48,564 nucleotides of DNA, from NCBI GenBank assembly GCA_035541175.1, contig DATKNT010000149.1, forward strand, positions 1-48,564, read 5' to 3'. Positions 16,029-24,579 of the stretch are shown here, one piece after another; the first letter of the stretch is position 1, and each line of letters opens with the position of its first letter. The notes below the pieces were generated by a model that was given only the letters and a program-made list of their open reading frames with translations, had not been told where the DNA came from and searched no databases. This DNA is from Gaiellaceae bacterium (GTDB taxonomy: Bacteria > Actinomycetota > Thermoleophilia > Gaiellales > Gaiellaceae). The position numbers were made by a program, and so were the translations under genes.

Positions 16029-17815
16029 CCACCGCCGTCTCGCAGCTGACGCGCCTCGACGAGGCGATCGACCACGGCACCCGCCGGCTGCTCGAGCTGC
16101 AGCGGCCGGACGGGATCTGGGTCGGCGAGCTCGAGTCGAACGTGACGATGACGGCGCAGCACCTGTTCTGGAACCACCTGCTCGGGCTGCGCACGCCGGA
16201 GCTCGACCGCGGGATCGCGAACGAGCTGCTCGCGCGCATGCGCGACGACGGCACCTGGGCGATCTGGTTCGAGGGGCCGCCGGACCTCTCGACGTCGATC
16301 GAGGCCTACGTCGCCCTGCGGCTGTGCGGCGTCGACCCGGGCCCGAAGGCGCGCGCGTACATCCAGGGCGAGGGCGGCATCCCGAAGAGCCGCCTGTTCA
16401 CGAAGTGCTTCCTCGCGCTCGTCGGCCAGTGGCCATGGCAGCGGATGGTGCCGATCCCGCCAGAGCTCGTGCTGCTGCCTCCGTCCTCGCCGTTCTCGAT
16501 CTACAACTTCGCCTGCTGGGCGCGGCAGACGTTCGTCGCGCTGTCGGTGGCGCAGTCGCTGCGGCCGGTGCGCCCCGCCGACGTGGACCTCTCCTCGATC
16601 GGAGCAATTGCGGGCAAGACCAAGCCTCCGCATCGTCCGAATGCGCTGCGGCGCCGAGCGCTCCGCGTAGCGGAGCGCTGGATCCGCGAGCGCCAGGAGG
16701 CGGACGGCTCCTGGGGCGGGATCCAGCCGCCGTGGGTCTGGGGGATCGTCGCCCTCGCGGCGCTCGGCCACGGCCTCGACGACCCGACGCTGCGCCGCGC
16801 CGTCGACGGCTGGGAGGGCTTCATGGTCCGCGACGGCGACCGGCTGCGGCCCGAGGCGTGCCAGTCGCCGGTCTGGGACACGGGCCTCGCCGTGCTCGCG
16901 CTGCGCGCGTGCGGCGTGCCGGCCGACCATCCGCAGCTCGTGCGCGCGGGCGAGTACCTCCTGCGCGAGGAGGTGACGGCGATGGGCGACTGGGCGATCC
17001 GCGTGCCGGGGCTCGCACCGGGCGGATGGGCGTTCGAGTACGAGAACGACCTCTATCCCGACACGGACGACGCGGCGGTGATCGCCCTCGCGCTGCGCCG
17101 GCTCGGGATCGGCGACGACGCAGTGCGCCGCGGGCTCGACTGGCTCGTCGGCATGCAGTCGCGTGACGGCGGCTGGGGCGCGTTCGACGTCGACAACCAG
17201 GCGATGTGGCTCTACAACATCCCGTTCTGCGACTTCGGCAAGGTGACGGACGAGCCGAGCGCCGACGTCACCGGCCACGCGCTCGAGACACTGGCGCAGG
17301 AGGACGGCTACGAGGACGCGGTCGAGCGCGGCCTCGACTGGCTGCTCGCCGAGCAGGAGCGCGACGGCTCCTGGTTCGGCCGCTGGGGCGTCAACCACCT
17401 GTACGGAACCGGCGCCGCGCTGCCGGCGCTCGACGCCTGCGGCGTCCCGCCCGACCACCCGGCCGTCCGCCGCGCCGTCGCCTGGCTCGACTCCGTCCAG
17501 CGGCCCGACGGCGGCTTCGGCGAGGACATCCGCTCCTACGCCGACCCCGCGTGGCGCGGACGCGCCGGCTTCGCCACGCCGTCGCAGACGGGGTGGGCAT
17601 TGCTCGCCTACACGGCCGCAGGAAACGCTGAGGCAGGGCCCGCGCGCAAGGCGGCAGACTACCTCTGCGCGGCGCAGCGCGAGGACGGTGACTGGGAGGA
17701 GGAGCATTTCACCGGGACGGGATTCCCGCTCGATTTCATGATCCGTTACCACCTGTACCGCATCAGCTTTCCCCTGCTCGCACTCGGACGACTACGAGAA
17801 AGGCTCACCGGATGA
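16025..17815 (+). CDS. shc: Squalene-hopene cyclase
   Basis: The ATG overlaps the hpnE stop (ATGA). It has repeated QW motifs (QRPDGIW, RDDGTW, QEADGSWGG, QSRDGGWG, QERDGSW, QRPDGGFG, QREDGDW) and the catalytic DTDDAA (DxDD). Confidence 0.95.
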   Translation: MTTAVSQLTRLDEAIDHGTRRLLELQRPDGIWVGELESNVTMTAQHLFWNHLLGLRTPELDRGIANELLARMRDDGTWAIWFEGPPDLSTSIEAYVALRLCGVDPGPKARAYIQGEGGIPKSRLFTKCFLALVGQWPWQRMVPIPPELVLLPPSSPFSIYNFACWARQTFVALSVAQSLRPVRPADVDLSSIGAIAGKTKPPHRPNALRRRALRVAERWIRERQEADGSWGGIQPPWVWGIVALAALGHGLDDPTLRRAVDGWEGFMVRDGDRLRPEACQSPVWDTGLAVLALRACGVPADHPQLVRAGEYLLREEVTAMGDWAIRVPGLAPGGWAFEYENDLYPDTDDAAVIALALRRLGIGDDAVRRGLDWLVGMQSRDGGWGAFDVDNQAMWLYNIPFCDFGKVTDEPSADVTGHALETLAQEDGYEDAVERGLDWLLAEQERDGSWFGRWGVNHLYGTGAALPALDACGVPPDHPAVRRAVAWLDSVQRPDGGFGEDIRSYADPAWRGRAGFATPSQTGWALLAYTAAGNAEAGPARKAADYLCAAQREDGDWEEEHFTGTGFPLDFMIRYHLYRISFPLLALGRLRERLTG

Positions 17816-18816
17816 AGTTCCCCCTCCAGTCGACGGTCTCGATCGGCAAGTACGTCGCCTCGCAGCAGCGCAAGGGCGAGCGCTATCCGCTCGTGCTGAT
17901 GCTCGAGCCCACGCTCGCGTGCAACATCGCGTGCATCGGCTGCGGAAAGATCCGCGAATACGAGTCGAATCGCGCGCGGCTCACGGTCGAGGAATGCGTC
18001 GACTCCGGGCTCCAGTGCCCCGCGCCGGTCGTGTCGATCTGCGGCGGCGAGCCGCTCGTCTACAAGGGGATCGAAGAGGTCGTCGCCGGGATGCTCGAGC
18101 TGGGAAAGACCGTCGAGCTCTGCACGAACGCGCTTCGCCTCGAGCAGTGCCTCGACTGGTTCGAGCCGTCGGCGCGGATGACGTTCGTCGTCCACCTCGA
18201 CGGCATGCAGGAGATCCACGACTACGTCTGCGACTACCCGGGCCTCTGGGAGATCGCCGTCGACGCGATCCGGCTCGCGCGGGCGCGGGGCTTCCGCGTC
18301 ACGACCAACACGACGATCTTCAAGGAGACCGAGGTCGACGACGTCATCGAGATGATGCGCTACCTCACCGACGAGGTCGGCATCGACGGGATGCTCGTCG
18401 CGCCCGGCTACCAGTACTCGCAGATCGACCCGGCGCTGACGATGACGCGCGCGGAGCACGAGGAGAAGTTCCGCGCGATCCGCGCCGCGGTTCGCGAGCA
18501 CGGCTACCGCTGGATCGCGACGCCGATCTACCAGGACTTCCTCACCGGCGAGCGCAAGCTCCCGTGCGCGCCGTGGGGCTCGATCACGCGCAACCCGTAC
18601 GGCTGGAAGGGTCCGTGCTACCTGCTCACCGACGGCATCTTCCCGACGTACGAGGCGCTGCTCGAGGGGATGGAGTGGGAGGCGTACGGGCCGGGGAACG
18701 ACCCTCGCTGCGAGCACTGCGGCATCCACTCGGGGTTCGAGCCGTCGGCGGCGTTCGAGTCGTCCAGGAGCCTGAAGGAGACCGTGCGGAGCATGGCGTG
18801 GACCTTGACGGGCTGA
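17812..18816 (+). CDS. hpnH: Adenosylhopane synthase HpnH (radical SAM)
   Basis: The ATG overlaps the shc stop (ATGA). It has the CNIACIGC radical-SAM cluster motif and the N-terminal MKFPLQSTVSIGKYV typical of HpnH. Confidence 0.9.
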   Translation: MKFPLQSTVSIGKYVASQQRKGERYPLVLMLEPTLACNIACIGCGKIREYESNRARLTVEECVDSGLQCPAPVVSICGGEPLVYKGIEEVVAGMLELGKTVELCTNALRLEQCLDWFEPSARMTFVVHLDGMQEIHDYVCDYPGLWEIAVDAIRLARARGFRVTTNTTIFKETEVDDVIEMMRYLTDEVGIDGMLVAPGYQYSQIDPALTMTRAEHEEKFRAIRAAVREHGYRWIATPIYQDFLTGERKLPCAPWGSITRNPYGWKGPCYLLTDGIFPTYEALLEGMEWEAYGPGNDPRCEHCGIHSGFEPSAAFESSRSLKETVRSMAWTLTG

Positions 18817-19373
18817 CATTCGCGGCCGCGACCACGGCGGAGGAGCGCGTCGCCCGCCGGCTCGGCGTTGCCACGGTGCGCGTCGGCGTGCGCGCGGTGA
18901 ACGGCGTGCCCGAGGGGCGCGTCGTCTCGTTCGGACTCGCGGGCGCGCTGCACGACGGCCTCGCGATCGGCGACGTCGTCGACGCGACGCGCGTCGTCGA
19001 CGCGACCGGCGCGACGCTGTGGGAGGGCGGGCCGCTCGGCGTGCGCGGCGCGCGCCCCGGCACCGTCCTCGCGTCCGACGAGCTCGTCCACGACGCGGCG
19101 GAGCGCCGCCGGCTGCACGAGTCGAGCGGCGCCGACGCGGTCGACATGGAGAGCGGCAGGCTCGCCGCCTCCGGCCGCCTCGCAGGCGTCGTCCGCGCGA
19201 TCTCGGACGTCCCGTCGAGCGCGATCGAGGGCATCGACACCACCGTCCATCCCGACGGCCGCACCGACGTCGCCGGGCTCCTCCGCTGGATCGTGACGCG
19301 GCGCGCCGACGCGCTCCGCTCGATGCGCGACGCCGTCCGGTCGCTGAACGCGCTCGAGAGGAGCTTCGCGTGA
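18798..19373 (+). CDS. hpnG: Hopanoid-associated phosphorylase/nucleosidase HpnG (PNP_UDP family)
   Basis: SFGLAGAL and ADAVDMESG are motifs of the MTA/SAH-nucleosidase fold, and the gene follows hpnH. The start is uncertain: GTG 18798 gives a 19-nt overlap with hpnH. Confidence 0.7.
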   Translation: MDLDGLTFAAATTAEERVARRLGVATVRVGVRAVNGVPEGRVVSFGLAGALHDGLAIGDVVDATRVVDATGATLWEGGPLGVRGARPGTVLASDELVHDAAERRRLHESSGADAVDMESGRLAASGRLAGVVRAISDVPSSAIEGIDTTVHPDGRTDVAGLLRWIVTRRADALRSMRDAVRSLNALERSFA

Positions 19374-20314
19374 GCTCCACGAACGGCAACGGCCGCGTCC
19401 TCCTCGCCGCGCCGCGCTCGTTCTGCGCCGGCGTCGACCGGGCGATCGAGATCGTCGAGCGGCTGCTCGAGCAGAACGGCCCGCCCGTCTACGTGCGCCA
19501 CCAGATCGTGCACAACGAGCACGTCGTGCGCCGGCTCGAGGACCTCGGCGCCGTCTTCGTCGAGCACGAGGACGAGATTCCCGAGGGCGAGATCTGCGTC
19601 CTCTCCGCGCACGGCGTCGCCCCGTCCGTGAAGGAGAACGCCGAGCGGCGCGGGCTGCAGATCGTCGACGCGACCTGCCCGCTCGTGAACAAGGTGCACG
19701 CGGAGGCGCGGCGCTACGCCGACAGCGGCCACCTCGTCGCGCTCGTCGGGCACAAGAACCACGTCGAGGTGATCGGGACGCTCGGCGAGCGGCCGGAGTC
19801 GACGGTCGTGATCGAGTCGCCCGAGCAGGCGCGCGCGCTCGAGACGGACAAGCCCGTCGCCGTGATCACGCAGACGACGCTCTCCCTCGACGACGTCGCG
19901 CCGATCGTCGGCGCGCTCGAGGACCGCCTCGGCGAGATGAAGCGGCCACACGCCGACGACATCTGCTACGCGACCCAGAACCGGCAGGACGCGGTGAAGG
20001 CGATGGTCGCCGAGGGCGCGAGCCTCGTGCTCGTGATCGGCTCGCACACGAGCTCGAACGCGCAACGGCTGGTCGAGGTCGCGCAGTCCGCCGGCGCGAC
20101 GGCGTCGCTGATCGACGGCGTGAGCCCGTTCGACGAGCTGCTGCTCGACGGGCACCGCACGATCGGGCTGACGGCCGGCGCCTCGACGCCGGAGGAGCTC
20201 GTCAGGTCGGTCGCATCGCGGCTCGCCGACCGCGGCTTCGACACGCTCGAGGAGATCACCGTCGCGCGCGAGCACGTCCACTTCCGGCTCCCGAAGGAGG
20301 TCGCGCGCCGATGA
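19370..20314 (+). CDS. ispH: 4-hydroxy-3-methylbut-2-enyl diphosphate reductase
   Basis: The GTG follows GAGAGGAG and overlaps the hpnG stop (GTGA). The three cluster cysteines sit in RSFCAGV, DATCPLV and ICYATQNRQ, and SSNAQRL is also present. Confidence 0.95.
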   Translation: MSSTNGNGRVLLAAPRSFCAGVDRAIEIVERLLEQNGPPVYVRHQIVHNEHVVRRLEDLGAVFVEHEDEIPEGEICVLSAHGVAPSVKENAERRGLQIVDATCPLVNKVHAEARRYADSGHLVALVGHKNHVEVIGTLGERPESTVVIESPEQARALETDKPVAVITQTTLSLDDVAPIVGALEDRLGEMKRPHADDICYATQNRQDAVKAMVAEGASLVLVIGSHTSSNAQRLVEVAQSAGATASLIDGVSPFDELLLDGHRTIGLTAGASTPEELVRSVASRLADRGFDTLEEITVAREHVHFRLPKEVARR

Positions 20315-20697
20315 CGAGCATCGAGGTCCCCTACTCGATCGCGGCCGCGCTCCCGACCCTGTCCGTGGTCGACATCACGAACGACGTGGCCAGGTCGGTC
20401 GGCCGCTCCGGCCGGCGCGACGGGATCGTCTACATCCACCCGTCGCACGGGCTCTCGCTCGTGCGCGTGCAGGAGCGGGAGACCGGGTTCTTCGAGGATC
20501 TCGAGGCGATGCTCGAGCGCGTCGTCCCCGCCGAGTCCGCCTCGAAGGCCCGGCTCGTCGCCGCGCTGCTCGGGCCGCCCTCCGAGCAGGTTCCGTTCGC
20601 CGACGGGGCGCTCTGCCTCGGCCGCTGGCAACGGATCCTGCTCTTCTCGCTCGACGCCGAGCACAGGAGCGAGTGGTCGCTTACAGTTCTGGGATGA
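20311..20697 (+). CDS. yjbQ: YjbQ/UPF0047 family protein (secondary thiamine-phosphate synthase-like)
   Basis: The ATG overlaps the ispH stop (ATGA). VVDITNDV..., VYIHPSHGLSL, EDLEAMLERVVP and LCLGRWQRILLFSLD match the UPF0047 pattern. Confidence 0.8.
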   Translation: MTSIEVPYSIAAALPTLSVVDITNDVARSVGRSGRRDGIVYIHPSHGLSLVRVQERETGFFEDLEAMLERVVPAESASKARLVAALLGPPSEQVPFADGALCLGRWQRILLFSLDAEHRSEWSLTVLG

Positions 20698-21359
20698 GCC
20701 GGGCACGGAGCCACCGCCGGCTGCTCTCGATCCTCTCCTTCGGGCTGCTGGCGCTCGCGGCCGAGCTCGCGGGCGACAGCCTCGTGCACCGGCTCGACGT
20801 CGGCCGCCACGTCGGCGCGGTCAGCTACCGCCACGCGGCGTACTACCCGTTCCTCGTCGGCGCCGTGAAGATCGGGATCGCACTGATGCTCGCGCGGCTC
20901 GCGTGGCGGTTCGCGAAGGCGCGCGCCGCGGGCCGCGCGGCTCACCGCGTCGCCGCCGCGCTCGGTGCGAGCCGGCGGCGGCGCTCGCCGCGGGTGCGGA
21001 TCGAGCTCTCGCCGCGGCTCTGGCTGCTCGCCTTCGTCGGCACGGCGTCGATCTACCTCGTCCAGGCGGACGCCGAGGGCGCCGAGACGACGCGCTGGTC
21101 GGTGCTGTCGCCGTGGGTGCACAGCTCCGCGCTGCCCGTGTTCGCCGTCCTCGCCGTCGCCGTCGCGCTGCTCTTCCGCGCCGTCGCCGGCTGGCTCGCC
21201 GACTACGAGAGCCTCGCCGCCGAGGCGGTCGCCTACGCGCGGCGCCTCGTCGCCGCCGGCGACCCGCCGGCGCAGCCGTTCCATCGTGCCGCCTCCCACG
21301 CGCCGCGCTCCCGCTTCGGGCTCGCGTTCGAGTCCCGGCCTCCGCCGCTTCCCGCCTAG
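20694..21359 (+). CDS. Hypothetical 4-TM membrane protein
   Basis: The ATG overlaps the yjbQ stop (ATGA). Four hydrophobic segments are separated by Arg-rich loops. No family recognised. Confidence 0.55.
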   Translation: MSRARSHRRLLSILSFGLLALAAELAGDSLVHRLDVGRHVGAVSYRHAAYYPFLVGAVKIGIALMLARLAWRFAKARAAGRAAHRVAAALGASRRRRSPRVRIELSPRLWLLAFVGTASIYLVQADAEGAETTRWSVLSPWVHSSALPVFAVLAVAVALLFRAVAGWLADYESLAAEAVAYARRLVAAGDPPAQPFHRAASHAPRSRFGLAFESRPPPLPA

Positions 21360-21421
21360 CCGCGGGCAGTCGGCCCCCGCGGCTCGTCGAGCGTTCCAGA
21401 CGCGGGAGGAGGAGAACGGAG

Positions 21422-21712
21422 ATGAGCGCGGACTTCGCGCATCGACTGAGACGACACGAGGACGACGCGGCCGCCGCCGCGCGGTCGCGCGCGCTCCGTG
21501 CGCGCATCGTCATGGCGCTCGGGCCGGCGACGATGCTCGCCGGCATGATCTGGGCGGTGGCGCAGCCGTGGCGGCTGACGCTGCTCCATCCCCACGGGCA
21601 GGGTTTCTGGTGGCTCGTCGTCGAGCCGCCGCTGTACGTGATCGGCGTCGGGCTCCTCTTCCGGCTCGTGATCGCGCCCGGCGCCGTCGAGGACCTGGAG
21701 CGCGAGCCGTGA
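21422..21712 (+). CDS. Hypothetical 2-TM small membrane protein
   Basis: The ATG follows GGAGGAGGAGAACGGAG. Two TM helices (IVMALGPATMLAGMIWAV and WWLVVEPPLYVIGVGLLFRLVI). The stop overlaps the next start (GTGA). Confidence 0.5.
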   Translation: MSADFAHRLRRHEDDAAAAARSRALRARIVMALGPATMLAGMIWAVAQPWRLTLLHPHGQGFWWLVVEPPLYVIGVGLLFRLVIAPGAVEDLEREP

Positions 21713-22305
21713 TCGCCGGGATCATGCCGCAGGCCGAGTTCGTCCACTGGTGGTTCGCCACCGGCTTCCTCATGCTCGGGCTCGTCCTCTTCTCCGAGGC
21801 GCTCGTCGGGCCGGAGGTGTGGGGGCGGCGGCCGTGGCGGAAGTACATCTGGCCGGGCCTCTGCTTCGTGATGGGAATCCTGATGTGGCCGGTGATGACG
21901 TTCTTCACGAACTCGGCGATCCACATGGTCGCCCACGGCTCGTGGGCGGAGTTCCTGATGTTCTGCGGCGCCGCCGAGCTCGGCGTCGCGCGCGGCAAGC
22001 TGCACTCGCAGTACTGGCGGCTCGCGTCGTCGCTCGCGTTGATCGTCTCGGGCACGGCGTTCCTCGTGCACGAGCAGAACCACTGGCTGTTCGCGCGCGC
22101 CGCGTTCCTCCACCACACGCTCGGCTGGACGGCGCTCGTGTTCGCGGCGTTCCCGCTGATGCTCGCGCTGCGGCCGCGCTCGATGTTCGCCGCGAGCGGG
22201 TTCGCGACGTTCTTCATCGTGCTCGCCGTCCTGCTCTACTGCGACCGCGACGTCGCGCCGATCTTCGGGCACCTGTCGCAGTTCGCCGGCCCGCAGCACC
22301 GATGA
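21709..22305 (+). CDS. His/Trp-rich polytopic membrane protein, unknown family
   Basis: 198 aa with about 6 TM helices. His-Trp motifs recur at helix ends (FVHWWF, AIHMVAHGSW, KLHSQYW, LVHEQNHWLF, FLHHTLGW). It is translationally coupled on both sides. An alternative ATG start lies at 21724. Confidence 0.65.
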   Translation: MIAGIMPQAEFVHWWFATGFLMLGLVLFSEALVGPEVWGRRPWRKYIWPGLCFVMGILMWPVMTFFTNSAIHMVAHGSWAEFLMFCGAAELGVARGKLHSQYWRLASSLALIVSGTAFLVHEQNHWLFARAAFLHHTLGWTALVFAAFPLMLALRPRSMFAASGFATFFIVLAVLLYCDRDVAPIFGHLSQFAGPQHR

Positions 22306-23618
22306 GACGCGCGCTGTTCCTCGCCGCGCTCGCCGCGCTCGCGCTGCCCGCGACCGCGTTCGCGCACGCGTCGCTGAAGAAGGAGTCGCCGTCGTTCGGG
22401 CAGGAGCTCCGGGCCTCGCCGCGCACGATCGTGCTCCAGTTCGACCAGACCGTCCAGGCGCTGCCGAAGTCGATCCAGGTGCTCACCCCGGACGGGAGGA
22501 ACCTCGCCCGGAAGCCGCGGGCGATCACCGCGCAGCGGCAGATCGTCGCGTCGGTGCCGCGGCTGCCGAAGGGCGCGTACACGATCCGCTGGCAGGCGAT
22601 CTCGAACGACGGCCACATCGTCTCCGGCGTCTACACGTTCGGCGTCCGCGTCAAGGCGCCGCCGGTGACGTCGGCGGTCGGCGCGCAGGGGCCGACGAGC
22701 ACGGAGAACGTCGTCCGCTGGCTCTACTTCGTCGCGCTCGCACTCCTCGTCGGCGGGCTCGGCTTCCGGCTGCTGATCGTGCGAGGGCCGCTGCCCCCGC
22801 GCGCCCAGCGACGCTTCTTCTGGGTGACCGGGATCGGCGCGGTCGCGCTGCTCCAGATCGGCATCGTCGCCTTCCTGCTCCGCGGCGAGGACATGCTGCA
22901 GCTCCCGTTCTCGCTGTTCATCTACGGGGACCTGTCGCCGCTCGCGACCGGAACGCGCTTCGGCCAGACGTTCATCGCCATGACGCTCGGCTTCGTGCTC
23001 GTGACGGCGTTCCTCTACCTCGCGTGGCTCCTCGACCTCGTCTGGCCGCTGTGGGTCGCGTTCGGGCTCGGCCTCTTCTTCGCGTCCGGTCTCTCGCTCT
23101 CCGGGCACTCGGCGGCCGACGCCGGGCACTCGTGGGTGTCGGAGCTCGCGGACTGGGTGCACCTGACGTCGGCGATGCTCTGGGTCGGCGGGCTCGTGCT
23201 GCTGCTCGTCGTCATCTGGCCGGGCGCGCCGGAGCTGCGGCGGACGGCGTTCCTTCGCTTCTCGAAGCTCGCGACCGTCCTCGTCGCGCTCCTGCTCGCC
23301 GCGGGGACGTACCTCAGCGTCCTCCGCTTCCCGAACGTCCACGACCTGTGGACGACCGGCTACGGGCACGTCCTGCTCGTGAAGCTGTCGCTCGTCGCGC
23401 TCGCGCTGCTGTGGGGCGCGGTGCACCACTTCGTCGCGGCGCCGCGGCTCGCCGCCGGCGACAGCGGCACGCTCGCCGGACGGCTGTCGCGGAGCATGCT
23501 CGGCGAGAGCACGGTGGCGATGGCGGTGCTGCTCGCGGCGGCCTTCCTCGTCAACACGAACCCGCCGCCGCAGCCGTCGCCGCGTGCGCCCGTCGCCGCG
23601 CACGCGACGCGCCGGTAG
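22302..23618 (+). CDS. CopC-CopD fusion copper-resistance/uptake protein (YcnJ-like)
   Basis: The ATG overlaps the upstream stop (ATGA). The signal peptide ends AFA|HASLKKESP, giving the N-terminal His of mature CopC. It has the CopC block WQAISNDGHIVSGVYTF and a C-terminal 8-TM CopD-like domain with SGHSA and WVHL. Confidence 0.85.
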   Translation: MRRALFLAALAALALPATAFAHASLKKESPSFGQELRASPRTIVLQFDQTVQALPKSIQVLTPDGRNLARKPRAITAQRQIVASVPRLPKGAYTIRWQAISNDGHIVSGVYTFGVRVKAPPVTSAVGAQGPTSTENVVRWLYFVALALLVGGLGFRLLIVRGPLPPRAQRRFFWVTGIGAVALLQIGIVAFLLRGEDMLQLPFSLFIYGDLSPLATGTRFGQTFIAMTLGFVLVTAFLYLAWLLDLVWPLWVAFGLGLFFASGLSLSGHSAADAGHSWVSELADWVHLTSAMLWVGGLVLLLVVIWPGAPELRRTAFLRFSKLATVLVALLLAAGTYLSVLRFPNVHDLWTTGYGHVLLVKLSLVALALLWGAVHHFVAAPRLAAGDSGTLAGRLSRSMLGESTVAMAVLLAAAFLVNTNPPPQPSPRAPVAAHATRR

Positions 23619-23628
23619 GGTCTCGCGG

Positions 23629-24579
23629 ATGCTCGTTCTCACCCGGCCCGAGGTCGAGGAGCTGCTCGACGTCGACGCGCTGTTCGGCGCGCTCGCGGAC
23701 GCGCACGCGGAGCTGTCGGCGGGCACCGTGTCGATGCCTGCGCGCATCGCCGCCTGGGCGGGCGAGGCGGGGCTGCTCGGCGCGATGCCGGCGTACCTCC
23801 CGTCCGCCGGACTGGGTTGCAAGCTGGTCACGCTCTTCCCGGGCAACACGGACCGGCCGACCCACCAGGCGGCGATCATGCTCTTCGACCCAGCGACCGG
23901 GACGCCGACGGTCCTCATGGACGGAACCTTCGTGACGGAGACGCGGACGGCGGTCGCTGCGGCGCTCGCCGCGAGGCTGCTCGCGCGCGACGACGCGAGG
24001 GTGCTCGCGATCGTCGGCACCGGTGTGCAGGCGCGGTCGCACGCGCACGCGTTCGCGGGGATCCGCGACTGGGACGAGGTGCGTATTGCCGGCCGCGACC
24101 CGGAGAAGGCGGCGGCGCTCGCCGCGGAGGTGGGCGCGCGCGCCGCCTCGTCCGTGGAGGAGGCCGTGCGCGGCGCCGACGTCGTCGCCGGGACGACGCA
24201 CGCGCAGGAGCCGGTCGTCCTGCGCGAGTGGCTCGCCCCGGGGGCGCACGTCAGCTCCGTCGGCTCGCCGCCCTCCGGCTCCGAGCTCGACCCTGCGATC
24301 GTCCGCGACGCGACGCTGTTCGTCGAGACGCGCGCGGCCCTGCTGCCGCCGCCCGCCGGCGCGGCCGAGCTGCAGGGGCTGAGCGAGTCCGACGTCTCCG
24401 CCGAGCTCGGGGAGATCGTCTCCGGCGGTAGATCCGGCCGGACCTCGCCCGCGGAAATTACGCTGTACAAGTCGGTCGGCGTCGCCGTCCAGGACCTCGC
24501 CGCAGCGGCGCTCGTTCTGGCCGCGGCGCGCGAGCGCGGCGTCGGCTTCGAGATCGAGCTGGAGGAGATCCCCCAATGA
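23629..24579 (+). CDS. Ornithine cyclodeaminase / mu-crystallin family NAD(P)-dependent enzyme
   Basis: ATG 23629 lies 10 nt after the copCD stop. MPAYL, TETRTAVAAALAARLLA, the Rossmann motif LAIVGTGVQARSH and YKSVGVAVQDLAAA are OCD_Mu_crystall blocks. Confidence 0.85.
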   Translation: MLVLTRPEVEELLDVDALFGALADAHAELSAGTVSMPARIAAWAGEAGLLGAMPAYLPSAGLGCKLVTLFPGNTDRPTHQAAIMLFDPATGTPTVLMDGTFVTETRTAVAAALAARLLARDDARVLAIVGTGVQARSHAHAFAGIRDWDEVRIAGRDPEKAAALAAEVGARAASSVEEAVRGADVVAGTTHAQEPVVLREWLAPGAHVSSVGSPPSGSELDPAIVRDATLFVETRAALLPPPAGAAELQGLSESDVSAELGEIVSGGRSGRTSPAEITLYKSVGVAVQDLAAAALVLAAARERGVGFEIELEEIPQ

